DNA of 51,197 nt, taken from NCBI GenBank assembly GCA_050249355.1, contig JBFWQQ010000003.1, positions 1 to 51,197 on the forward strand, written 5' to 3'. Every line of letters starts with the position of its first letter. Position 1 is the first letter of the stretch. Positions 40,023 to 49,927 of the stretch are shown one piece after another. The position numbers and the translations under genes are program-made. The notes beneath the pieces are model-generated. The model was not told the DNA's origin. It saw only the letters and a list, made by a program, of their open reading frames with translations, and searched no databases. Source of the stretch: Alphaproteobacteria bacterium (lineage in GTDB: Bacteria > Pseudomonadota > Alphaproteobacteria > Rickettsiales > SXRF01).

Positions 40023-41591
40023 ATGATCGCCAGCTTCCTGATATTCTTCCGTGAGATCATGGAGATCTCGCTTATCCTAGGTATTATCATGGCCGCAACA
40101 CGGGGCCTGCCCGGCCGTGGCAAATGGATATGGACAGGCATAGCGGGGGGGCTGCTGGGCTCGGCGCTTGTGGCATATTTTGCCGATACCATTTCCGATG
40201 CCATGGAAGGCATGGGACAGGAAATATTCAACGGCTCCGTGCTGATGGTCGCTGTTTTCATGCTGGGCTGGACAGTGATATGGATGCAATCGCATGGCCG
40301 CGCCCTCGCACAGCGCATAAAAGAAACCGGCAAGAAAGTATCCGATGGCGACCTGCCATTTTATGCACTGGCCGCTGTGATCAGCCTCACCATGTGGCGC
40401 GAAGGCTCCGAGATCGTGCTGTTCATGTATGGCATACTAAGTACCAGCAAGGAATCACTGCTTGCTATCGTAATGGGCAGCATCGGCGGCACTTTGGCCG
40501 CAGGCACATTGGGGTTCATGCTGTATATGGGACTGGTGAAATTCTCCAGCAAGCACGTGTTCAGCGTGACCAGCTGGTTCCTGGTTCTGCTGGCCTGCGG
40601 CATGAGCGCGCACACTGCCGCGTTCTTCACTGCTGCCGACATCTTGCCGGTCGTGCACCATCAGCTGTGGGACAGCAGCACCATCCTCGCAGAAGACAGC
40701 ATGTTGGGCAAGATCCTGCATGCCATGCTGGGCTATACGGCCCGCCCCACCGGCATACAGCTGATATTCTACGTTTGCACTTTCATTGTAATTACGGCGC
40801 TGCAAAAAATCGTTCTCTCCGATTCCCGGTGGTTTCGTAGGGCCGCTACGGGTGCTGCGGTTTCTTCATTGCTGGCCGCTGTCATATTGCTTTTTTCCAA
40901 CCAGCGTGCGGATGCGGCGTATAGTGTTACATCGCCGCATGTCGAGGAAAGCATATTCGAGATCGAACTTAAAAATAGTTTCACCCGTGACGAAGATGGT
41001 AGCAAAGATCGTTTCCACCAGCACGTGCTCGGCATTGGCTATGGTTTTACCAATTGGTGGGCGCTGGAAATCGAAGGCGAGCTGGAGAAAGCACGCGGCA
41101 ATGGTTACGAATACACTGCCACCGAAATTGAAAACAAATTCCAGTTCACCGAACCCGGCGAATACTGGCTGGATTGGGGTGCACAGCTAAGCTACGAACT
41201 CAAGCACGAGAATCAGTCTGCCGATAAAATCGAAGCCAAGCTGCTGATTGAAAAAGATATCGGCAAATGGGCACATATTGCCAACCTTGTACTGGAAAAA
41301 CAGGTGGGAACTTACCGAAGCGGCAGCACTGAATTTGAATTTGCATGGGAAACCCAATATCTGTGGATGCGCCATTTAAACCCCGGATTTGAGTACTATG
41401 GCGGTTGGAACGAGATAAAGCGTACCGGAAACTACGATAACCAGAAACATCGCATAGGCCCGGTTCTGTATGGCCGCCTGATAGAGGGTTTCAAATATGA
41501 GCTGGGCTGGCTGATCGGCCTGTCCAAGGCAGCAGAAGATCACGTGATCAAACTGAATGTGGAATACGAATTCCCGCTGGTGCTGTATTAG
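40023..41591 (+). CDS. FTR1-family iron permease fused to a C-terminal putative outer-membrane beta-barrel
   Basis: Two RExxE motifs (REIME, REGSE) in the first ~265 aa; then a signal-peptide-like segment ending ADA; then ~224 aa of aromatic amphipathic strands ending LNVEYEFPLVLY. Confidence 0.88.
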   Translation: MIASFLIFFREIMEISLILGIIMAATRGLPGRGKWIWTGIAGGLLGSALVAYFADTISDAMEGMGQEIFNGSVLMVAVFMLGWTVIWMQSHGRALAQRIKETGKKVSDGDLPFYALAAVISLTMWREGSEIVLFMYGILSTSKESLLAIVMGSIGGTLAAGTLGFMLYMGLVKFSSKHVFSVTSWFLVLLACGMSAHTAAFFTAADILPVVHHQLWDSSTILAEDSMLGKILHAMLGYTARPTGIQLIFYVCTFIVITALQKIVLSDSRWFRRAATGAAVSSLLAAVILLFSNQRADAAYSVTSPHVEESIFEIELKNSFTRDEDGSKDRFHQHVLGIGYGFTNWWALEIEGELEKARGNGYEYTATEIENKFQFTEPGEYWLDWGAQLSYELKHENQSADKIEAKLLIEKDIGKWAHIANLVLEKQVGTYRSGSTEFEFAWETQYLWMRHLNPGFEYYGGWNEIKRTGNYDNQKHRIGPVLYGRLIEGFKYELGWLIGLSKAAEDHVIKLNVEYEFPLVLY

Positions 41592-41638
41592 TCTATTTTC
41601 CGCTTTAAAAAGCTGCATTTCATGCTAACTAAAGGGGC

Positions 41639-43867
41639 ATGAGAACCAGCAGCGCAGAAAAAATGACCATCACCCCCGCTATCGTGGCCGAGCACGGGCT
41701 GACGCCCGAAGAATATGAAAGCATCCTTGCCATCATGGGCCGCGAGCCGAACATGGTGGAGCTGGGCATCTTCTCGGTGATGTGGAGCGAACATTGCTCA
41801 TACAAAACCACGCGTATCCACCTCGCCAAACTGCCGACCAAAGCACCGCATGTGATCTGCGGCCCCGGTGAGAATGCCGGCGTGATCGATATCGGTGACG
41901 GACATGCCGCCATATTCAAAATGGAATCGCACAACCATCCTTCGTACATCGAACCATTTCAAGGCGCGGCAACCGGCGTCGGCGGTATATTGCGCGACGT
42001 GTTCACCATGGGCGCCCGCCCGATCGCCAACATGAACGCACTACGCTTCGGCGAACCTTCCCACCCGAAAACCAAACACCTCGTCTCCGGCGTGGTCGAA
42101 GGTATTGGCTCGTACGGCAACTGCGTCGGCGTTCCCACCGTGGGCGGCGAATGCACCTTCCACCCGTCCTATAACGGCAACATTCTGGTCAACGCCATGA
42201 CCGTTGGCCTTGCCGATGCTGATAATATTTTTTACTCCGCCGCTTCCGGTGTGGGTGACACAGTGGTGTATGTCGGCAGCAAGACCGGGCGCGACGGTAT
42301 CCACGGCGCCACCATGGCATCCGCTGAATTTGACGATGCCTCGGAAGAAAAGCGCCCGACCGTGCAGGTCGGCGACCCATTCACCGAAAAACTACTCATC
42401 GAGGCCTGCCTCGAACTCATGCAGGAAGACGCCATCGCCGCCATTCAGGATATGGGGGCGGCAGGCCTGACCAGCAGTTCGCTGGAAATGGCGGGCAAAG
42501 GCGGCACCGGCATCGAGCTGCAGCTTGACAAAGTGCCGATGCGTGAAACAGGCATGACGCCATACGAGCTTATGCTCTCCGAATCGCAGGAGCGCATGCT
42601 GATGGTACTAAAGCCCGGCAAGGAAGAACTCGCCCGCAGGATTTTTGAGAAATGGGAACTGGCGTTCGCCGAGATCGGCGTCATCACCACTACCGGCAAC
42701 CTTGTGCTCAAATGGCATGGCGAGGTGGTCGCCGACATGCCGATCGCGCCGGTTTCTACCGATGCGCCAAAATACGACCGGCCGCATACCCCCACTCCCA
42801 AGCAGCAACCGATCGATGATTCCGACCTGCCGGAAAAGGACATCAAGGACGCGCTGCTGAAACTTATCGCCTGCCCCGATCTTGCATCCAAGCGCTGGAT
42901 ATACGAGCAATACGACCACATGGTGATGAACGACACGGTGGCCCGCCCGGGTGGCGATGCCGCCATCGTGCGCGTACACGGCACACAAAAAGCACTGGCC
43001 ATTTCCACCGACTGCACGCCGCGTTACTGCTTTGCCGACCCGGTTGAGGGCGGCAAACAGGCGGTGGCCGAAACATGGCGCAATCTGACGGCCGTGGGCG
43101 CAACACCGCTGGCCATCACCAACTGCCTGAACTTTGGTAACCCGCAAAAGCCCGCCATCATGGGCCAGATCGTCGGCTGCCTTGAAGGCATGTCCGAGGC
43201 CTGCCGCGTACTGGAATATCCGGTGATATCCGGCAACGTGTCCCTCTACAATGAAACCAACGGTAAAGGCGTGCTGCCAACCCCGGCCATCGGCGGCGTG
43301 GGTATACTGCGCGATGTGGAAAAGCACGCGGGCAATGCATTCACCAAAGAAGCTCAGGCCATTCTGGTTATCGGAAAAACACACGGCCATCTTGGACAGT
43401 CGCTGTACCTGCGCGAGATTCATGGCCGCGAAGAAGGCCCGCCGCCGCATGTCGACCTGAGTATCGAAAAGAATAACGGCGATTTCGTGCGCAAGCTCAT
43501 CGAAGCCGGAACCGTGACCACCTGCCACGACGTGTCGGATGGCGGGCTGCTGGTCGCCGTGACCGAGATGACCTATAAGCATGGCATCGGTGCGAAACTC
43601 ACCTGCCACACCGCGCTGAATAGCAAGGATGTGCACGGGGATGTACAATTCTGGTTCGGTGAAGGTCAGGCGCGCTATGTGATCGCGGTGGATGAATCGC
43701 AAGCTGCCAGTATTCTGCAACAGGCAGAAAAGCACGGCATTCCTGCCGAACGTATTGGCACCACGCAGGCAGGTACACTGGAACTGGATAAGAAATTCAG
43801 CATTGCCACGGCTGAGCTGCGCAGCGCGAACGAGCGCTGGATGCCGGAATTCATGGGGACATTATGA
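41639..43867 (+). CDS. purL: FGAM synthase subunit PurL
   Basis: [40 protein letters not shown]. Confidence 0.98.
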   Translation: MRTSSAEKMTITPAIVAEHGLTPEEYESILAIMGREPNMVELGIFSVMWSEHCSYKTTRIHLAKLPTKAPHVICGPGENAGVIDIGDGHAAIFKMESHNHPSYIEPFQGAATGVGGILRDVFTMGARPIANMNALRFGEPSHPKTKHLVSGVVEGIGSYGNCVGVPTVGGECTFHPSYNGNILVNAMTVGLADADNIFYSAASGVGDTVVYVGSKTGRDGIHGATMASAEFDDASEEKRPTVQVGDPFTEKLLIEACLELMQEDAIAAIQDMGAAGLTSSSLEMAGKGGTGIELQLDKVPMRETGMTPYELMLSESQERMLMVLKPGKEELARRIFEKWELAFAEIGVITTTGNLVLKWHGEVVADMPIAPVSTDAPKYDRPHTPTPKQQPIDDSDLPEKDIKDALLKLIACPDLASKRWIYEQYDHMVMNDTVARPGGDAAIVRVHGTQKALAISTDCTPRYCFADPVEGGKQAVAETWRNLTAVGATPLAITNCLNFGNPQKPAIMGQIVGCLEGMSEACRVLEYPVISGNVSLYNETNGKGVLPTPAIGGVGILRDVEKHAGNAFTKEAQAILVIGKTHGHLGQSLYLREIHGREEGPPPHVDLSIEKNNGDFVRKLIEAGTVTTCHDVSDGGLLVAVTEMTYKHGIGAKLTCHTALNSKDVHGDVQFWFGEGQARYVIAVDESQAASILQQAEKHGIPAERIGTTQAGTLELDKKFSIATAELRSANERWMPEFMGTL

Positions 43868-44088
43868 GCGCTGTTGCACAGGTAATTGATGATATATACA
43901 AGGCATTACATAACAATAACGAGCATATCGACACGCATATCGATACGCTGAAAAAGGCGCTAGCGGCGGAAGGAAAAAATTCAGCAGAGTTCGATCCTGC
44001 GCGCCTTGCCCAACCGAACCGTCAGGGCCGTAAAATGCTGCAGGCCTATTTTAAAAAGCGCGGTGTGGTGGCTACGTTTACGCAATAG
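43864..44088 (+). CDS. Hypothetical protein (74 aa) translationally coupled to purL
   Basis: ATGA overlap with the purL stop; GGGG upstream; protein-like composition. Confidence 0.75.
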   Translation: MSAVAQVIDDIYKALHNNNEHIDTHIDTLKKALAAEGKNSAEFDPARLAQPNRQGRKMLQAYFKKRGVVATFTQ

Positions 44089-44140
44089 GCAGGAATTTCT
44101 TAGTCACCAGCTTGATAGCGCGACGCTCCGGAACAGCCCT

Positions 44141-44389
44141 TTAACGAGCCGGCCCATCTTTCGGCTTGTTTGCATAATCTGCCAAAGCCTGCTCGAATAA
44201 CTTATCATCATCCATGATGCGTTGCGCCATCTCATAGCGCATGCGCTCACCTTGTGGCCCATTGATACCTGCAGCAAACTCGCGATCCGAACTTCTGGCA
44301 GCAACTTCTTTTTGCACCGCATAGTGCACTGCATCCTGCTCTGGATGAGTTATGGTACGATATGTTCGTCTTTTTTGGGTCTGTGTCAT
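44141..44389 (-). CDS. Orphan small protein (82 aa)
   Basis: RBS AAGGAAG; helical, charged composition; ends KPKDGPAR. Confidence 0.7.
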   Translation of the reverse strand: MTQTQKRRTYRTITHPEQDAVHYAVQKEVAARSSDREFAAGINGPQGERMRYEMAQRIMDDDKLFEQALADYANKPKDGPAR

Positions 44390-44440
44390 AACGTGTCTTC
44401 CTTGTTTAAATGACTAAATAAATATCAATAACCTAAAGCC

Positions 44441-45118
44441 CTAAGCCGCCAGGCCTTTGAACATCGGGGTACCGTCAAGCCCGCCTAGAATGGCTTCGGC
44501 GTGGCGTTCGGGGTGCGGCATCATGCCCAGCACGTTGCCCTGTCTATTGCAGATTCCGGCAATATTCAATTGCGAACCATTGGGGTTTGCTTCGGGGGTG
44601 ATGTTGCCATTCGCATCGGTATAACGGAACGCGATCAGCCCCTCACCTTCCAGCATGGCCAGCGTATCCTTGTCGGCAAAGTAATTGCCATCGTGATGGG
44701 CGACCGGAATATTGAGTACCTGCCCTTTAGCATACGATTTAGTAAAGGCGCTGGTATTATTATCGACGCGCAGAAACACTTCCTTGCACACGAATTTCAG
44801 CCCGCTATTTCGCATCAGTACGCCAGGCAGGAGCTTGGCCTCGGTAAGCACCTGAAACCCGTTGCATACGCCCAGAACCAAGCCACCGCGTTCTGCATGT
44901 TTCTTTACTTCCTGCATGATGGGCGAATTTGCCGCCATAGCGCCGGAACGCAGGTAATCGCCATAAGAAAACCCGCCCGGTAGCATCACAAGGTCAACCT
45001 TAGGCAGTGTTGTCTCCCGATGCCACACCATCACCGGACCGAGGCCGGTTGCGGCCAGCACGGTTTGTGCGTCACGGTCACAATTGGAAGCGGGGAATCG
45101 GATAACGGCGGATTTCAT
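44441..45118 (-). CDS. purQ: FGAM synthase glutaminase subunit PurQ
   Basis: [33 protein letters not shown]. Confidence 0.98.
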   Translation of the reverse strand: MKSAVIRFPASNCDRDAQTVLAATGLGPVMVWHRETTLPKVDLVMLPGGFSYGDYLRSGAMAANSPIMQEVKKHAERGGLVLGVCNGFQVLTEAKLLPGVLMRNSGLKFVCKEVFLRVDNNTSAFTKSYAKGQVLNIPVAHHDGNYFADKDTLAMLEGEGLIAFRYTDANGNITPEANPNGSQLNIAGICNRQGNVLGMMPHPERHAEAILGGLDGTPMFKGLAA

Positions 45119-45357
45119 GCAACCAGTTCGTACGAATAGTTTTCGATAACGGTGTTGGCCAGCAGCTTGGCGCACATTTGCTCAACGGCGGCTTCGGCTT
45201 TTGCCTTATCCTTCTCGTTCAGTTCCACTTCAATATATTTGCCCTGACGCACATCCTTGACGCCGTCAAAGCCCATATTACCGAGGGCACCTGCGATCGC
45301 CCGCCCCTGCGGGTCGAGCACACCATTTTTAAGGGTAACGTGAATTCTGGCTTTCAT
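45115..45357 (-). CDS. purS: FGAM synthase subunit PurS
   Basis: [21 protein letters not shown]. Confidence 0.97.
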   Translation of the reverse strand: MKARIHVTLKNGVLDPQGRAIAGALGNMGFDGVKDVRQGKYIEVELNEKDKAKAEAAVEQMCAKLLANTVIENYSYELVA

Positions 45358-45359
45358 AC

Positions 45360-46244
45360 TTACTTCTTTTTCTTGGTCGTGGTTTTACGTTTGACCGGCG
45401 CTTTCTTCGCTTTTGCTTTCGGCTTAACTTTAGGCTTGGCCGGTGCTTTGGCTGCACCTTTGACAATGCGGGCAGCCGCCAGCTTGCGGCCTTTTGTAGA
45501 GCTGTGTTTGCCGTTGCTTTCCTCCGGCAAGACGCCAAGGCGGCGCGCCACATCGCGGTAGGCATCTTCGATCTTGCCAAGATCCTGTCGGAAGCGATCC
45601 TTGTCCATTTTCTCGCCGGTGGCAATGTCCCACAGGCGGCAGTTGTCCGGACTGATCTCATCGGCCAGCACCAGCATCTCGCGGTCGTTCTCCTGCAAGC
45701 GGCCAAACTCCAGCTTAAAATCCACCAGCTTGATACCGAGGCCAGCAAACAAACCGGACAGGTAGTCGTTGATGCGCATGGCGTACATGCGTATCTCATC
45801 CAGTTCGTGCGGCGCACACAGCGCAAACGCAAAGATATGGTCCTCCGAAAGGAATGGGTCCCCCAACTTGTCGTTCTTGTAGCAATACTCCACCAGCGGA
45901 TGGCCGAGCGGCTTGCCCTCATCCACCCCGAAGCGCTTGGCAAACGAACCGGCCGCGTAGTTACGCACAATCACCTCCAGAGGGATGATCTGCACCGCTT
46001 TGACCAGCTGGTCGCGCATGTTCAGGCTGCGGATGAAATGGGTAGGGATGCCGATATCCTCGATCTTCAGCATCAGATACTCAGAAATACGGTTGTTGAG
46101 CACGCCTTTGCCGTTGATCAGGCTGTGCTTGGCGCCGTTGAACGCGGTGGCATCGTCCTTGAAGCGCTGGATCAGCGTGCCCGGCTCCGGGCCTTCAAAT
46201 AACTGCTTGGCTTTTCCTTCGTATACAGGTTTGCGGGTATTCAT
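45360..46244 (-). CDS. purC: SAICAR synthase with Lys/Ala/Pro-rich C-terminal tail
   Basis: [42 protein letters not shown]. Confidence 0.97.
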   Translation of the reverse strand: MNTRKPVYEGKAKQLFEGPEPGTLIQRFKDDATAFNGAKHSLINGKGVLNNRISEYLMLKIEDIGIPTHFIRSLNMRDQLVKAVQIIPLEVIVRNYAAGSFAKRFGVDEGKPLGHPLVEYCYKNDKLGDPFLSEDHIFAFALCAPHELDEIRMYAMRINDYLSGLFAGLGIKLVDFKLEFGRLQENDREMLVLADEISPDNCRLWDIATGEKMDKDRFRQDLGKIEDAYRDVARRLGVLPEESNGKHSSTKGRKLAAARIVKGAAKAPAKPKVKPKAKAKKAPVKRKTTTKKKK

Positions 46245-46373
46245 GGTGTATATCTTCTGTTGGTACATCATATTACACTTGTAATGCAGATTTTCTGCGA
46301 CTGCAATATTGCAGTATGGCTAAAAAGCCCTTATATAGCGCATATAGCACAATAAACAGCAAAGGATAGTATT

Positions 46374-46706
46374 ATGAGTAGCTATGATGACCGCCAGAAG
46401 GGTTTTGAGCGCAAATTTGCCCATGACGAGGAAATGCAGTTCAAGGCCACCGCCCGCCGCAACAAGCTGCTGGGCCTGTGGGCAGCCGATAAACTGGGCA
46501 AAAGCGGCCCCGACGCCGAACAATACTCGAAAGATGTGGTGATGGCTGACTTTGAAAGCAGTGGCCATGATGATGTGATACAGAAACTGCTGACCGATTT
46601 CACCGAGGCGAACCTGCCTATGTCCGCTACGGATATCCGCCGTGAAATGGAACGCCTGACCCCCATCGCACAGCAGATGGTGCTGGAAGAAAGCAAGTCG
46701 GCGTAG
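46374..46706 (+). CDS. DUF1476 / F1Fo ATPase inhibitor zeta-subunit family protein
   Basis: MSSYDDRQKGFERKFAHDEEMQFKATARRNKLLGLWAA; divergent from purC as in many alphaproteobacteria. Confidence 0.92.
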   Translation: MSSYDDRQKGFERKFAHDEEMQFKATARRNKLLGLWAADKLGKSGPDAEQYSKDVVMADFESSGHDDVIQKLLTDFTEANLPMSATDIRREMERLTPIAQQMVLEESKSA

Positions 46707-46720
46707 CGTGGTTTTTAATA

Positions 46721-46788
46721 GCCCCGTGAAAGCCTACTGACTTTCACATGGCGCACAACTCACGGCTGACTCGCGCTGCTGCGCTCGC
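46721..46788 (-). repeat. Double-hairpin AGNA repeat
   Basis: Reverse complement GCGC-AGCA-GCGCGAGTCAGCCGTGAG...CAT-GTGAAAGTC-AGTA-GGCTTTCAC-GGGGC. Confidence 0.87.
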
Positions 46789-46799
46789 ATAACAACAAT

Positions 46800-46874
46800 G
46801 GGAGGCCAGCAGGCCGACCAAGCCTTCAGCCCGCTTCATGCGATTTGCAGGAGCAAATCGCGGAAGCAGTAAAA
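46800..46874 (+). repeat. Double-hairpin AGNA repeat
   Basis: GGGAGGCC-AGCA-GGCCGACCAAGCCTTCAG...CAT-GCGATTTGC-AGGA-GCAAATCGC-GGAAGC. Confidence 0.9.
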
Positions 46875-46933
46875 TATTGTCGCGATTCGCTAACTGCGTT
46901 ACACTTCCTTGAAAATATTTCAGGGTTAGTGCG

Positions 46934-47698
46934 TTGGCACAGTTACAGAAGAATTCCGGTTTCAGGCAGCTCTCGCGGGCTGTGTCTTCATTGGTACGCA
47001 CACCAGGCAGGCTCACCGTGAACCTGTGGTACCGCCTGTATGGCTGGGCCGACACAGAGCAAAGCACGCCGGTAGAAGACAAGCGCATGCCGGGCATCAC
47101 CCCGGGTGACCCGTCATTCAAAAAACTGTCGTTCACCTTCTCGCTCATTGCGCTCTCTGCACATATCGCACGCGTCGACGGCAATGTGACGCCGGAGAAA
47201 TACCTCGCCTTCCGCGAAGCTTTCCCACTGACCGGTGGCATCTGCAAAAAGATCCGCGGGCTGTTCATGCTGGCATGCGACAACCCGATCGATTACACGC
47301 ACTATGTCAACCAGATCAAATACGCCTATCCCAAAAACAAGGCATTGTTCAAAACGCTGGTCGACCGGCTGTTCACCATCGCCACCACCGATGGCATCCT
47401 CACCGCCACCGAGGAAAAAACCCTTGCTCGTATCGCCCATATGCTGGAACTTTCCGCCGGCGATTACATGGAAATACGCGACCATCACATGCAGGCCAGC
47501 CGCGCCTACCATGTACTGGGCGTTGACCGCAAGGCCTCGCCCGATAAGGTGAAGCGGCGTTACCGCGAACTAATGCGCGAGTATCATCCGGATAAATATT
47601 GCAGCAAAACACTGTCGCCGGATGTCGAGCAACTGCTGAAGCTCAAAGCCTCCGAGATCAACCAGGCCTATGCCACCTTGAGAAAAAAAGCCGCATGA
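46934..47698 (+). CDS. DjlA-like co-chaperone (TerB-like domain + J domain); start uncertain (TTG 46934 or ATG 47087)
   Basis: LIALSAHIARVDGNVT TerB-like segment; C-terminal J domain with HPD and EINQAY. Confidence 0.85.
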   Translation: MAQLQKNSGFRQLSRAVSSLVRTPGRLTVNLWYRLYGWADTEQSTPVEDKRMPGITPGDPSFKKLSFTFSLIALSAHIARVDGNVTPEKYLAFREAFPLTGGICKKIRGLFMLACDNPIDYTHYVNQIKYAYPKNKALFKTLVDRLFTIATTDGILTATEEKTLARIAHMLELSAGDYMEIRDHHMQASRAYHVLGVDRKASPDKVKRRYRELMREYHPDKYCSKTLSPDVEQLLKLKASEINQAYATLRKKAA

Positions 47699-48573
47699 GC
47701 CGCCTACATTCCGTTTTCGCGCTGCTGGTGTGCCTGATATGGAGCGGTAATTTCGTCGCCAGTAAATTCGGCATGCAGTATTTTACGCCATTCATGTTCA
47801 CGGCGCTGCGCTTTGCCATCGTGGCCGTGCTGTTGGTACCATTTGTGCCGCGCCCCAACAAAAAACAATTTCTGCAACTATTGCTGCTTGCCACTGCTTT
47901 TGGTGTACTGCATTTCGGATTGATACTCGCCTCACTCTATAAGGGGCTGGACATTGCCGGCTGCGCCATCGCCGCGCAGATGGGCGTGCCATTCTCATGC
48001 ATACTCGGTGCGTTGTTCCTGCAAGACAATCTCGGCTGGAAACGCAGCATGGGTATGGCGGTCTCGTTTGTGGGTATGTTCATCGTGGCCGGTACTCCCA
48101 ACGTGCTGGAGAACATGCTGGGCTTTATCCTTGCTCTGGGCGCCGCCTTCTCGTGGGCGGTGGGCAACCTGCTTACTAAACGGCTGGCCAGTCTGTCAGT
48201 GTTCCAGATGCTCGGCTGGATGAGCTTACTCGCAGTGCCGCAACTGCTGGCCATTTCATGGTTCACCGAAAGCAATGCATGGAAGCCCTTGGTAGAAGCG
48301 CCGCTGCCGATCTGGCTATTCGTATCCTATACCGCGCTGGGCTCCACCATCGTGGCATACGGGCTATGGTACTTCCTGCTCAAACGCTACCCGATCAGCT
48401 ACGTCGCACCCTACTCGCTGCTTACGCCGCTGTTCAGCATCGCACTTGGCCAGATATTCTTTGTGGAACAGCTTACATGGCACATATTATTAGGTGGCGC
48501 ATTGACCATTGGCGGTGTCGCCGTTATCGTGATACGTCGCCCAAAGACTGTTATGCTAGGCAAACCGGAATGA
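47695..48573 (+). CDS. EamA/DMT family transporter
   Basis: About 10 TM segments, IWSGNFVA, ALRF, YGLWYFLL; ATGA coupling on both sides. Confidence 0.92.
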   Translation: MSRLHSVFALLVCLIWSGNFVASKFGMQYFTPFMFTALRFAIVAVLLVPFVPRPNKKQFLQLLLLATAFGVLHFGLILASLYKGLDIAGCAIAAQMGVPFSCILGALFLQDNLGWKRSMGMAVSFVGMFIVAGTPNVLENMLGFILALGAAFSWAVGNLLTKRLASLSVFQMLGWMSLLAVPQLLAISWFTESNAWKPLVEAPLPIWLFVSYTALGSTIVAYGLWYFLLKRYPISYVAPYSLLTPLFSIALGQIFFVEQLTWHILLGGALTIGGVAVIVIRRPKTVMLGKPE

Positions 48574-49226
48574 ATTACATCGAATGCCCATCGGTCAATT
48601 TTGACTCGCGCGAAGGCCACGCCATCGACATGCTGGTGTTGCACTACACGGGTATGCCTAGCGGTGAAGAGGCGCTGAAACGTATGTGCGATGAGAATGC
48701 CAAGGTCAGCGCCCATTACATGATCGAAGAAACCGGCGACATGTTCCAGCTGGTAGCCGAGGCCGACCGTGCATGGCATGCCGGCAAAAGCCATTGGCGC
48801 GGTCATGACAACATCAACCAGCGCTCGATCGGTATCGAGATCGTTAATCCCGGCCATGAATTCGGTTATCGCCCATTTACCGACATACAGATGCGCTCGG
48901 TGCAGGAGCTGTGCCACGAGATCATTGCACTGCATGACATACCAGCACGCAACGTGGTGGGCCATTCCGACATCGCCCCCACGCGCAAGGAAGACCCCGG
49001 TGAACTGTTCAACTGGCAGTGGCTGGCAAGTGAGGGTATCGGATTGTGGCCGCGCGTATGCGGTGACAGCGCACCCGCCCGAAAACTGACCGATTATGGC
49101 TACGATATTTCCGATATGCCTAAAGCAATTATCGCATTCCAGCGTCATTTCCGGCCGAAACTATTATGCGGGACATGGGATGAGGAATGCGGCCAGCTGT
49201 TGGCCGGGCTACTCATGCAGGTTTAG
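48570..49226 (+). CDS. N-acetylmuramoyl-L-alanine amidase (Amidase_2, AmiD/AmpD-like)
   Basis: VLHYT, VSAHY, RAWHAG, SIGIE, GHSDIAPTRKEDPG. Confidence 0.95.
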   Translation: MNYIECPSVNFDSREGHAIDMLVLHYTGMPSGEEALKRMCDENAKVSAHYMIEETGDMFQLVAEADRAWHAGKSHWRGHDNINQRSIGIEIVNPGHEFGYRPFTDIQMRSVQELCHEIIALHDIPARNVVGHSDIAPTRKEDPGELFNWQWLASEGIGLWPRVCGDSAPARKLTDYGYDISDMPKAIIAFQRHFRPKLLCGTWDEECGQLLAGLLMQV

Positions 49227-49351
49227 CACCACAGGCACCAGCCGATAAACAGGCCTGCCACCATGCCGTACAGGCTCAGCACAACCATCCCCAGCGCAGG
49301 CGGATTGTGGGAATCCGGTATATTCTCATGAATTACAACATCATTATCCAT
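49223..49351 (-). CDS. Putative 42-aa single-TM small protein
   Basis: Manual translation MDNDVVIHENIPDSHNPPALGMVVLSLYGMVAGLFIGWCLWC; its stop overlaps the amidase stop. Confidence 0.45.
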   Translation of the reverse strand: MDNDVVIHENIPDSHNPPALGMVVLSLYGMVAGLFIGWCLWC

Positions 49352-49418
49352 TGACTTATAATTGCATATATAAATAGTAATGCAATCAATTTATACTTCC
49401 CTTAGCCACCCGGCACGC

Positions 49419-49447
49419 TGGACTAACAGTTTTAAACATTGTAGTGT
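49419..49447 (+). promoter_or_regulatory. Candidate rnpB promoter
   Basis: TGGACT-N17-TAGTGT ending 7 nt before the P1 helix. Confidence 0.45.
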
Positions 49448-49454
49448 ACTTGCT

Positions 49455-49817
49455 GCCAGATGGCTGGATGGCTGCGGGGGTTCGCCCCCGAGGAAAGTCC
49501 GGGCTCCATGTAACACGGTGGCGGGTAACACCCGCCGGGGGCGACCCTAGGGAAAGTGCAACAGAAAGCAAACCGCCCGCAAGGGTAAGGGTGAAAGGGT
49601 GCGGCCAAAGGCGAAAGCCGGAAGCTTAAAGTAAGAGCGCACCGCGCTGCTGGTAACAGCAGTGGCACGGCAAACCCCGCCGGGAGCAAGACCAAATAGG
49701 GACAACATAGGGCGCGTTGCACGCTGGTTGTCCGGGTAGGTCGCTAGAGGTGGCAGGTAACTGCCATCCCAGATGAATGGCCATTCTCGACAGAACCCGG
49801 CTTACAGGCCATCTGGC
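49455..49817 (+). ncRNA. rnpB: RNase P RNA (type A)
   Basis: GAGGAAAGTCCGGGCTCC and CAGAACCCGGCTTA universal motifs; terminal P1 pairing GCCAGATGGC/GCCATCTGGC. Confidence 0.98.
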
Positions 49818-49927
49818 TTTATTAAATTATATCAGAGTGTTACGGGATATCCAAGCTTCATGAAACCGTAACATGCGTTGGTATGGGATAGTTGGTATTA
49901 TTGATGTAAATCAGAATACTAACTACT

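Noticed and set aside
42608-43735. 375-aa minus-strand ORF
   Set aside because: Antisense to purL; no independent evidence
48258-48569. N-terminal extension of the amidase ORF; similar extensions on murB, murD, murE, ftsL, rsmH, grxD and sixA in the track
   Set aside because: They overlap upstream genes or intergenic DNA; downstream ATGs with ATGA coupling or an RBS fit the family starts better
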